A stretch of 64,000 nucleotides of DNA from Diplonema japonicum (Eukaryota > Protista > Euglenozoa: Diplonemea). The position numbers and the translations under genes are program-made. Positions within the stretch are counted from its first letter, which is position 1. Each line of letters begins with the position of its first letter. Below, one piece after another: positions 54,392 through 64,000 of the stretch. Location: NCBI GenBank assembly GCA_964019335.1, contig OZ025673.1, positions 607,180-671,179 of the forward strand, written 5' to 3'. The notes below the pieces were generated by a model. That model ran no database searches. It saw only the letters and a list, made by a program, of their open reading frames with translations, and had not been told where the DNA came from.

Positions 54392-56116
54392 AAAAAAAAT
54401 GTCAGGGGGTTTAGAGACCTGCTTTTTGAAAAAGATATTAAAAAGAGGCCTTTGCAAGAAAAGTACAATGCAAAAAAAGAAAAAGAAAAAAAAAAGTAAA
54501 AAAAGGGTTGGATGGGCAATGTTGGCCAGACTGGTGGTCTGAGGGGTCTGGCCCACAAGCCACCCCAACACTGCAAATTTTCGACACACATGATGTATCA
54601 ACACAGGGTGCACAACACAGCACATGTTTTATAACATGTACCACTATGCTGCACAGGGAAATCACAATGTGCACCTCCTGGTGAACAATATACAAAAAAA
54701 AAAAAAGAAAAAAAAAAAAAAAAAAAACAATAAAATTTCAGTGTGCATGGTGCTGACTGTTGGTAAAAAAAAAAAAAAAAAACTTCACTATGATAGGAAC
54801 AAAGTGGTTAGCAACAGCCCACCAAAAAAAAAAACTTTTATCTTCTTTTTCAGGTGGTGGGGATAACATGAAAATATAAGAAAAACATCAGATGTGTTGT
54901 TCACTGTTGACCTCCTCATTGGTCATCACTGAGCAAACAACACAAGCACAGAATCTTGGTTACCTGGGGTGCCCTGGCTGGGGTTGAGCTAAACACCACA
55001 CACATTAAGGACACGACACAGAATGCAGAAGAAGCTACAACCTGGCCATCTGGCCATTGTGATTAACTAGTTGATGGCAGCATAATGAGCTATTTTATTA
55101 GGTAAAATTCCGCTCGTGCACACAAACAAATGGAGTGTAAAACTAGTTTTTTCCCCCCCCTTTTTTTTTCCTCTTTGCATCATCAAGGTTGAAAGTGGTG
55201 ACTATATCACCCAACACTGACAGCACAATATTCCGTGTCGTGTCCTTAATGTGTGCAGTGTGCAGCTCAACACCAGCCATGGCCCTGGTAACCAAGATTC
55301 TGGGCCTGTGTAGTTTGCTGCCAGTTCATCACCCTGAGCATCTGCAATACGTTCCTCCACTCGGGCACAATCGGTGATGACCAACATGGAGGTCAACAGC
55401 AAACAACACATCTGATGTACTTCTTATATTTCCATGTTATCCCCACCACCTGAATGATATATATATGAGTTAAAAGAGGCTGGTGTTGGTGGTGCCCTGC
55501 ACAAGAACTGTCTGCTTGATTACAGGGGCACACCGCAACTGAGTTGTAGCTTCTTCTGCATTCCGTGTCATGTCTTTAATGTGTGTGGTGTAGTTTGCTG
55601 CCTGTTTGTCACCCTAAGCATCTGCATTATGTTCTTCCACTTGGGAGCTACCGGTGATGACCGATGAGGAGGTCAACAGTGAACAACACATCTGATGTTT
55701 TTCTTATATTTTCATGTTATCCCCACCACCTGAAAAAGAAGATAAAAGTTTTTTTTTTTTTCTTCGTTTCTTGTTGTTTTTGTTGTTGTTGTCATCTCTC
55801 AGTACCTGTGTAACATCTTTTCTTGTAGACATCTGTTTATATGTTTGAACTCTGCAGCAAAAAAAAGGGGGGGATGTGGTGTTGTGGTTGTATCTTGTAT
55901 GTCTGGTTCAGTCCAGTCTGGTCCGGTCTGGTCTGGTCTGGTCCGGTCCGGTCCGGTCTGGTCAAGTCTGGTCAGTCTGGTCAGTCTGGCATAATTGGGT
56001 TGAAATTCACACCAGATCCGGTCCGGTCTGGTCCAGTCCGGTCTAGTCCTAATTAGGATTCACCCATCACTGCCATGCCCCCCCGCCCCCCTGGGTTTTT
56101 TCCCGTAACAACACTG
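53478..56116. mobile_element. Foldback structure of about 2.6 kb built from nested MITE-like modules with CAGTG(T/A)TG termini (hAT-like)
   Basis: Inverted pairs 53478-53531/56063-56116, 53864-54095/55800-56072 and 54830-54925/55665-55760. Subterminal GGACT/GACCA pentamer arrays. No 8-bp TSD found. Confidence 0.72.
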
Positions 56117-56729
56117 TCCCAGCTGTGGTCACCTAATCGAATTTTTTTTTTCTTCAAGGAATCAACTTTCTTCTGAAAATTTAAGATTTATATCATTCTA
56201 CCACCTTATAACTCACTTTTCAGGAAACACACAATTTCACACATTTGAATTTATTCTTTAGTTTTTTTCTGAACCTATTTAATTTTTAAACCTAATAAAG
56301 AATGTGTAAATCTCCTAATCAAGATTTTTCAGTCCCAGTGTTGCCAAAATGGGCTGAAAATTAAAGTACCCAGCTGTGGTTACTTAATCAAAAAAGAATT
56401 TAATAGTCCATTTAACCATGTATTCAAACCTTTTACCTCTTACTTGCTTTTTTTTGTGGAATTTATTTCATTTTTTTGGTTCTTTGCCCAGCAATAGCAG
56501 TTGGTCTTTCCTCTTGGCTGCAATCTCCTTCACCTCCAGTACTTTGCCAACAATAGCAAAGTGTGTCAGTGGCACCTTCTTCACCTCAATCCTGGGACCT
56601 TTCAACCCCAATATTGCCAGCCATGCCCCCTTTCCACCCAAGGTAGGCTATCAGGTAGTCTTTTCTGACAGATTTGCTGGTTCTATTGGGGTGTCTTGTT
56701 GGGTTAGGTTATTTTTTAAAACAACCTGC

Positions 56730-57520
56730 CAATAAAGTACAGTAAAAACAGGGGGGGGGAAATACAAAGAATGAGAAAGGTAAGTTATAAAGGAAAGAAA
56801 AATGACAGATGGACCATTACTAGGCCAAGTACAGGTGCCCTTTGTGAAAAAAATCTTATTTTCTGAGGTAAAATATCACTTTTCAGGTGTTTTTGACAAT
56901 TTTTTTTGTGAGGAAAAAAATTCTTTGGGCACTTTTTTTTTGACCCATGACCATCTCACTTTCACTATTAGCCTCATTGAGGTCTAGAATAGGTATTTTT
57001 GAGAAAAAATTGTTGAATTTTTTTTTGAGAAAAAATCAATTTAAGGGTGTTTTTGGCCACTTTTTTTGGGAGGAAAAACAATTTTTTTTGACACTATTTT
57101 TTTTTTTTTTTTCCAGCACCCCATGCACCCAATAAAGTACAGTAAAAAAAAGGGGGGTAAATACAAAGAATGAGAAGGGTAAGTCATAAAGGAGAGAAAA
57201 CCAACAGATAGACCATTATTAGGCCTGATATAGGTACCCTTTTAGAAAAAAATCAGTTTTTCTGAGGTAAAAAACCACTTTTCAGGTGTTTTTGACCACT
57301 TGTTCATGTGAAAAATAATTTTTTTTGGGCACCTTTTTTTTTGACCCCCAAACTTCTCACTTTCACCCCACTTCACTAAAAGCCTCTATTAAGGCCTAGG
57401 ATAGGTACTTTTGAGAAAAAAATTTTTTTTTTTGGAAAAAAAATCAATTTTTGGGTGTCTTTGACAACTTTTTTTGGGTGGAAAAAAAATTTTTTTGGAC
57501 ACTATAAAAAAATTTTTTTT
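56730..57520. repeat. Diverged tandem duplication, 400-bp period
   Basis: CAATAAAGTACAGTAAAAA...AATACAAAGAATGAGAA at 56730 and 57130, followed by colinear similar sequence. Confidence 0.85.
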
Positions 57521-58790
57521 TTGCCCCCCCCACCCCCCCAGATTTGCCCCCCTGTGCCCCCCCGAAAATCTTGGGGGGGCAACCCATTCTCATAACAACA
57601 CTGTCCAGAGTATCCACTCCATTTTTTTCTTTATTTTTTTCTGTGCCCATGCTACTGTGGAACAAGACTTTTCCAACAGTAAGGCCAGCTGCCCTTATTT
57701 CATCATGTGATGTGGTCAAGCCTCATGCCTCTGACCAATTGGCACCATGTGGTGTCTTGTTGGCTACTAAATCAACCAGAAAATGATAGCAGAAGTGCCA
57801 CTAGAAGTTCCCCTTTACACACTACTTCACAAACTAGTGCAGTACAGTCATTGCCACTGAGCTTCTCAAAAACCTCTGTGGTGAGTGTCCTGATCACCAT
57901 GGTGTTCCCATTTACCCTTTCTTGGTCCAAATACCATTTTTTTTTACCCCAAGCTTCTCAACAGCAAGTTTAAAAGCATCCATTTTTGTCACCCCCTCTT
58001 TTACTGAATTTGTGCAAAGTGAAAAGCCCATTTTTGCCCCTAGGACTGAATTTTCTGGGTACTAGTAGCACTCACTTTCCCATTTTCTGGGGTGTTTTCT
58101 TTCCTAACCTGGGCTGGGAAAGTTGTAGAATTTTTTTCTTTGGGAAAAAGTACTAAGAGAAATATTGAAAGTGTCAATTGGCCTCATTTTGGGGGGGGGT
58201 TTTTTTTGAAACGATGCCATATTGTGTAATTGCCTTTGATACATACACCTTACCATCTAAGTGATATATAAGAAGACCTCCAATAGTGGTAGTTCCTTTA
58301 CTAGGTATTGGTACTAAGATATTAGGTAGGAAGGGGATATAGAACTGATTGTTGCTCCCCTTCACAAACCCGTTTGAAGGATCACCTCCTGATAATCTTT
58401 CTAAGGATTGTTCAGGGAATTCTTTCTCAATCTGTACAAGTGCTCCATCACTGTCATTACTCATTAACTTAGCAACACCTCCTTTCTCAATAATCTCAAA
58501 GTTTAATTGTTGAGACACTCTTCTTATAGTAACTTCTTCTGGTGATCTTAGATCTATTAGAGGAGGTGGTGTTAATGGTGTGATATATCTTGTTGATAAT
58601 AGTACAGATGGGGATAACATTTCTACATCAGGGGAGCTTTCTCTTAACACGTTCTTCACATTTTCAAGACCTGACAGATTAGGACAATAAAAAATTTTTT
58701 TTGCCCCCCTGCCCCCCCACCCCCCTGGATTTGCCCCCCAGTGCCCCCCTGAAAATCTCGGGGGGGCAACCCATTCTCGTAACAACACTG
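57505..58790. repeat. Two direct copies of a ~100-bp MITE-end module (57505-57603, 58688-58790)
   Basis: GATTTGCCCCC...GAAAATCTYGGGGGGGCAACCCATTCTCRTAACAACACTG in both; same terminus as 56104-56116. Confidence 0.8.
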
Positions 58791-58936
58791 CTCTGCACTG
58801 ATCGTTCAAAGTCAGAGTTTCAAGACATGTTCTTGAAGCTTGATCACGATGGGTTCGTCTTCATAGATGATCAGTGTGTACATCCAGAGATGAGATATTG
58901 GAAGGGGTTTGGTGAGATCTTGTGAAAATCTTCTGG

Positions 58937-59085
58937 ATGTCTTGTGACTGTCTTCAACTTGTCTTCAACTTGTCCTGTGACTGTCTTCAACTTGTCTCCA
59001 TATTGTCTTGGGACTGTCTTCAGTTTGTTTTCTGACTGTCTTCAATTTGTCTCCTTCTTGTCTTCTACCTGTCTTCAACTCGTCT
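58937..59085. repeat. Degenerate minisatellite (TGTCTTCAACT units)
   Basis: Repeated GACTGTCTTCAACTTGTC variants. Confidence 0.75.
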
Positions 59086-59134
59086 TTTATAGGATAACAC
59101 CACCTTTATATCTCTCCTGTGGGGTAGGTGGAAA

Positions 59135-60238
59135 ATGTTCAGAAGGGTAATTGGCACGTCTTTAAAGCTCCGTTTTTCAAAGTGCCGTGCTTGCACAAGC
59201 TTATCCGGACGTTTAGAGGAGAAGAAAGGTGGTTCAGAAGGTGGGAGGGACCAGCAATGGAGACAGAAATGGTTTACACCACAAGTTCTCAGCGGTGCTG
59301 TCTCCGGTTCCTTTGTAACGGCACTGGTCACAGTGTTTGTTGCCATTCCACTGAACGATAGTTATCAATGTGAACGGCAGGAAAAAATGGATAAGAAAGC
59401 ACAAGAAGAAGAAGCAGAACGCAAGACAGCTCGCATCGAGAAGCTGCTTGCACCTCAGATCGAAGAGCCTGAGTTCAAGAAGGGCTTTATCTGTACAGAG
59501 GTAAAAACGCTGAGTGAGGAGCTGGAGAAATACCACAAAGATTTTGACATCAAGAAAGAGAACGCTTTCGTGGTTATCTGTGGTCCGAAGGCTGCAGGTA
59601 AAACAACTGCTGTTAAGCTTGCATTCGGAGGCAAGAAGGGGGTGCTTACTGTAGACACTGTCATCGGTGAGGGCTCAGAAGTAACCACTGCAAGCTTTGA
59701 GGACGCATTGTCTCGAATGTACAACGAGCTTTTCCCTGAGGTAAAGGGGATGGGTCCAAGCCTTAATGAGGTTAACCACATTTGCATGAAGAGATTCAGG
59801 AGGCCGCTGCTGATCTACTGGAAAGTCGAGGCCAAGGGGCAAGAAAACGAATGCCTCTCTGGCATTGTGAAAACAATTGCAGGGGCAGCAAGGAGGCTAT
59901 CCTTTGACAACAATACGAAAGGAAACATTGCTGTCGTCGTTGAGACCTCAAACCCAACGGTATCGATACCTTTTCTTTAACTTCTACTTTTTTTTTATCC
60001 ACAGCTTGGTGCGTTGATCCCGACTGTCCACCAGACGTGCAAAACCCTGTTCCTTGACCACATGTCCTACACCGACGGCTACCCAAGACAGTCAAGGCAG
60101 GGAGTGCATGATCCAGTGTTTTTTATTCTGAAACCTTTTTATTCGAGTGGCAAGAGGCGTGGATCACCCCTCTCCAGTTCGGTTTCAGGCCGAAACACAG
60201 CACTGACGATCTCCTCGCCCGAGTCTGCACTAGTGTAG
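59135..60238 (+). pseudogene. Single-TM P-loop ATPase gene (intron 59960-60004), apparently truncated by retroelement DNA
   Basis: Transit-like N-terminus, TM, Walker A VICGPKAAGKTT. After the 45-nt GTATC...CACAG intron the frame runs into RT-derived sequence at about 60080-60137. Confidence 0.6.
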
Positions 60239-60852
60239 AGACGGCGAAAATATCAGGTAAGCACCTCTATGGCCTCTCGGTTGACTTCAAGAAATGCTTC
60301 GACTCGATCCCCCATGCGCTTACGTTCGATTTAGTGGAGCGTTTAGGCCTCAGCCAACTTATCCTGAGACCGATAAAAATCCATCTACTCGGACCTAATT
60401 CGTCGTTTGCGTTTCCCTATGGGGGTGGGCGCACCGTTCAGAACCACGAATGGAATTCTCCAGGGTTGTCCAATATCACCGGTCTTCATCAATGCGATCC
60501 TCGCTATATTCACCAAGAAGTGCACGGCGAACCCTAGAAACGCCCATCCTGTGTCGTATGCAGACGACCTAAACTTCACGTCGGCTACCTCGGAGGCCGC
60601 GAGAAGTGGCAGGCAAGCTCGAGAACTTGCACGCCGACAAGCAGGTCAGGTACTCCAAACAGTATTTCTGGAATAGACCATTCCGACCGGGGAACCTCTT
60701 AACCCCGAAACCTCTCCCTTGGTACCACGAGCATGGGCTGCAGAAGAAATACTTCCCAGGCCTAATCCCTTTTGTCCTCAACTGGCTAAAGGCCCTAAAA
60801 TGGGGCGAGGACGGCGGGCAAGTTTCTAAGGCGGAACTGGCGGTCGACCTCA
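60137..60852 (+). mobile_element. Decayed non-LTR retrotransposon ORF2 fragments (reverse transcriptase plus a distal piece)
   Basis: QFGFRPKHSTDD, SVDFKKCFDSIPH, then after a frameshift NGILQGCPISP and SYADDL. An abrupt jump follows to LNWLKALKW...VSKAELAVDL. Confidence 0.9.
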
Positions 60853-60865
60853 TTTTTTTTATTTT

Positions 60866-61003
60866 ATTTTTCTGTTTTTCTTTTTCTTTTTCTTTTTGAA
60901 GTGGAACCATCTCGGTCGACGTTTTTTTTTCTTTTTCTTTTTTCTTTTGTGGTGATGTGTTTTTCCGTTTCTGTTTTTGATTTTCTTCTTCCCCTGCTCT
61001 ATC

Positions 61004-61053
<50 letters not shown>

Positions 61054-63273
61054 ATGCTTTTTCGCATGGACATTGGTCACTCTGCGTGTGAAGGGACAGG
61101 GAGGCGGACCCCCAATCACGGTGGCCCACCAGCTGGATGCCCTTCTGGAGCAGACGAAGAAGGACCTGGACGCCCGAATGCAGCAGCAGCGAAAGGCGGA
61201 ACCGGTGGAGGGTGGAACACAAGGGAAAGCGGGAGCAGGACTCGAAGCAGCCTCGCCGGGAGGAGAAGACACGGAGATGGCCGGAACAGGATCCAGCGAG
61301 AGGGCTGGGCAGGGAGGGGAGCTTGACCCGAAGGCCCAGGAAGATGGGAAGAGACAAGGGGCGACTGACGCTGCGGTGAACCAGACCTTGGACCAGTGTC
61401 CTAAGGGGGATACGGAGGCCCAGAGGGACTCGAACAAGGGGGACCAGAGTGCGACAACTGCTACGAGGAAGATGACCGTGAGCGAATTCTGTAGGGAACA
61501 AGCTGCGAAGAGACAGGGCGGTGGGAGGACTCTGAAGCCGCAGGCGGATGACGCCCCCGAAGGGACCAAAGAGGGTGGGAACGCACCGAGCGGAGGCAGC
61601 CAGTCGGGGCCTGACACACCTAGGGGTGGGATCCAGACGCCGGAGGGAGATCAGCTGATGGGAGTCGGGGCACCGGAAAGGGAACAGCAGGTGGAAGTAG
61701 GGGGAGACTTCGTTCAGCTTGACCCGATTGATGTGGTGATGGGCATCCCAATTCCGAGAGCGATGGTGCCACTGAGGGCGAGGCCGGGGGACCGACTGCT
61801 CAAGTTCATCATCCAGTTCGAGGGCCGGGTGGAGATCATCCTTGAAGAAGGAACGGACCCTGGAAGGGAGAGGACTGAGGAGATGCTTCTTGCGAAGGCC
61901 GAATCGCTGGGTGTTCCACTGGAGGTGGCTATGGCTGGCCAGATTGGTATCGCTGGACTTGGATACATGATGGTAAAGCAGTACTTCGCAAGCTTGGAAG
62001 GTGGGTCGGACGGAGAGCGCCGCAGCCGCATTGTGGGTTGTGAGGTGCAGAAGTCGGAAACATACCGCGAGTTCGAGTTCCCGAGGACGGTCCAGGATTT
62101 CCAGATCACGTACGCGTGTGGGTGTTCGGCGGTGCAACCTGTTCGTTTCAAGGGTGGCGTGCTCAAGGGGACTCTGGAAACGGCATGGAGGGTGGTCAAG
62201 TTGCAGACCCGGGGGTGCAGACACCACCCGACACCGGGGAAGGAAGGGGTAGTGGGCATTGCGGCGGGAGCCGGCGCTACCAAGGTGACACTACGTGAGT
62301 TCTTGGAGAGGTGCGACGCAAGGATAAGGGCCCCAGTGGGAAAGGTCAAGGACCTGATCAAAGTGAAGGCGTGGGTGAGGGATGGAAGGAAGGTCACCCT
62401 CGACGTCTACGAGGGGAGGGGGCCCTGCGAGAAGGAGACGAGGCGCACTGTCCAGGACCATCTGCGGAAGATGGGTGTTGAAGAGGTCGACCTGCAGTCA
62501 GCGGTGGTGACGGTCCCGGGGTTGTTCGAGGACGTCTCCTTTGAGAGGTACCTTGGGCTGTTGGCCCGGAAGAAGGAGGAAGACAGGGAGAGGCGGCCTG
62601 AGGTGGTTGCCACGGACCTCCCCACCCTGGAAGAGCTGAAGTGGAGCAAGAAGGACAAGAAGCGGGCCCGGGCCCGATCGGCCAGTACTGACTCGGATTG
62701 TGTGGAGGGTGGCTACATCTATCTGAAGGGTACGGGGGCGGATGGCACCGTGGTCGAAGCCAACATATGCAGGGGTGAGCTCAAGGGGATGACCGGGCCC
62801 CAGTTCAAGTTCTTGGCGGAGCACAGGTTGATGGAAGAGCTGGGGAGCGACGACCTGGTGCGGGACACGGTCAAGGTGCGCAACAAGGAGAACTGGGCCC
62901 CGGTGAACAGTGCGGTGGCTTGGCTGCAGCTCGAGTCGGGGAGGGCACGGGTGGGGCCCATACCCCACAAGAAGAGGTCCAAAGGCTCGCTGGCCAGATA
63001 GGCCAGCGGGGGTGTGGGGGGCTGTTCTCCCCCCCCCCGCCATAGGAAGATGTGAAACTTTTTTTTTTTTTTCTGAGAAAAAAAAAAAAGGGAAAAATAA
63101 AAGAATAGGGAACAGGTGCTACAACGGCCAGGCTAGATAGAACCACTTAGATTTTTTTTTTTTTTTTCCTTTTTTTTTTTTTCTTTTTGTTTTTCCTTTT
63201 TTTTTTTTTTTTTTTTTTATTTTTCTGTTTTTCTTTTTCTTTTTCTTTTTGAAGTGGAACCATCTCGGTCGAC

Positions 63274-63319
<46 letters not shown>

Positions 63320-63410
63320 CTTTTTTCTTTTGTGGTGATGTGTTTTTCCTGTTTTTGATTTTCTTCTTCCCCCGCTCTATGCTTTTTCGCATGGACATTG
63401 GCCACTCTGC
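60866..63410 (+). repeat. Direct repeats of about 200 bp (60866-61085, 63219-63410) flanking a 1.9-kb ORF
   Basis: Shared GAAGTGGAACCATCTCGGTCGACG, GTGGTGATGTGTTTTT and CTCTATGCTTTTTCGCATGGACATTGGYCACTCTGC. Confidence 0.88.
61073..63001 (+). CDS. Unknown 642-aa ORF, probably mobile-element encoded (ORF1/gag-like?); true start unclear
   Basis: Uninterrupted, GC-rich and intronless. Disordered N-half; YACGC...GCRHH possible Zn ligands. Adjacent to RT remnants. Confidence 0.55.
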   Translation: MVTLRVKGQGGGPPITVAHQLDALLEQTKKDLDARMQQQRKAEPVEGGTQGKAGAGLEAASPGGEDTEMAGTGSSERAGQGGELDPKAQEDGKRQGATDAAVNQTLDQCPKGDTEAQRDSNKGDQSATTATRKMTVSEFCREQAAKRQGGGRTLKPQADDAPEGTKEGGNAPSGGSQSGPDTPRGGIQTPEGDQLMGVGAPEREQQVEVGGDFVQLDPIDVVMGIPIPRAMVPLRARPGDRLLKFIIQFEGRVEIILEEGTDPGRERTEEMLLAKAESLGVPLEVAMAGQIGIAGLGYMMVKQYFASLEGGSDGERRSRIVGCEVQKSETYREFEFPRTVQDFQITYACGCSAVQPVRFKGGVLKGTLETAWRVVKLQTRGCRHHPTPGKEGVVGIAAGAGATKVTLREFLERCDARIRAPVGKVKDLIKVKAWVRDGRKVTLDVYEGRGPCEKETRRTVQDHLRKMGVEEVDLQSAVVTVPGLFEDVSFERYLGLLARKKEEDRERRPEVVATDLPTLEELKWSKKDKKRARARSASTDSDCVEGGYIYLKGTGADGTVVEANICRGELKGMTGPQFKFLAEHRLMEELGSDDLVRDTVKVRNKENWAPVNSAVAWLQLESGRARVGPIPHKKRSKGSLAR

Positions 63411-63718
63411 CCCTTTCCCCCTTTTTTGATTCTCCCTCTTTCCCCCTCCTAAATTTTACCCCCTGCCCCACTCATTCCTCCCTAGTATGTTTTTGAATTT
63501 GCCTCTTCTTCTTTTAAGCCTTTTTTGAGATTTTTATTTTTGAATTTTTATCATTTGGAGTTGCTTCTTCTTCTTCCCCTCTCCCTCCCATAAGAAAAAG
63601 AGAAACCCATGCCTTCCTCCCAGGTTGGAACTTGATTGTCTGTTTTGGAATATTTTTATTTTCTCTTAAGATTTATCGTGCCTTGTGTGTCTTTTGAAGA
63701 AAAAAAAAAAAAAAAAAC

Positions 63719-63790
63719 ATTCTCAAGTCCCCCTTTTTATTTATTTTCTCAAGTCCCCCTTTTTATTTATTTTCTCAAGTCCCCCTTTTT
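63719..63790. repeat. 26-bp tandem repeat (about 2.7 copies)
   Basis: TTTCTCAAGTCCCCCTTTTTATTTAT units at 63721, 63747 and 63773. Confidence 0.85.
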
Positions 63791-63794
63791 AAAA

Positions 63795-64000
63795 AAACCC
63801 GCAAACCCGCAAACCCGCAAACCCGCAAACCCGCAAACCCCGCAACCAAACCCGCAAACCCGCAAACCGCAAACCCGCAAACCCGCAAACCGCAAACCCG
63901 CAAACCCGCAAACCCGCAAACCCGCAAACCCGCAAACCCGCAAACCCGCAAACCCGCAAACCCCGCAAAACCCGCAAACCCCGCAAACCCCGCAAACCCC
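63795..64000. repeat. (AAACCCGC)n telomere-like satellite running off the window
   Basis: About 25 near-perfect 8-mer units. Confidence 0.92.

Noticed and set aside
53880-56050. CRISPR-like array in the GGACT/GACCA repeats
   Set aside because: These are pentamer microsatellites without unique spacers, there are no cas genes, and the context is eukaryotic.

Overview
This is eukaryotic nuclear DNA, most consistent with a diplonemid-type euglenozoan (inferred from genome architecture, not proven). From 1 to 53007 there is one head-to-tail cluster of about 25 genes, all on the minus strand. Stop-to-ATG spacers are often only 54-63 nt and end in an AG acceptor, which suggests polycistronic transcription with SL trans-splicing. 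I reconstructed 31 tiny GT-AG introns of 30-50 nt (30 in the cluster, one in the plus-strand ATPase gene), and these explain the broken ORF track. The cluster encodes UBA1, two FkbM-type methyltransferases, a CLK/LAMMER kinase, a Trx-TPR protein, Sec61 gamma, a pseudo-JmjC protein, a 3622-aa surface protein, a Ubl-ankyrin protein and two identical intronless lipoxygenases with a transthyretin-like N-domain. It also encodes an F-box protein, a TM protein with an intron-hidden C-terminal LIR motif, an RNF5-like E3, a uL30m-like protein, a SAM protein and an actin-related protein. A decayed piggyBac (TTAA TSD, 13-bp TIRs) and a 116-bp MITE sit in spacers. The region 53.0-59.1 kb is a CpG-depleted, foldback and MITE-rich divergent strand-switch region. 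It is followed on the plus strand by a P-loop ATPase gene cut off by non-LTR RT remnants, a 642-aa ORF between direct repeats, and a (CCCGCAAA)n satellite. All calls come from reading the sequence by eye; no database searches were run.
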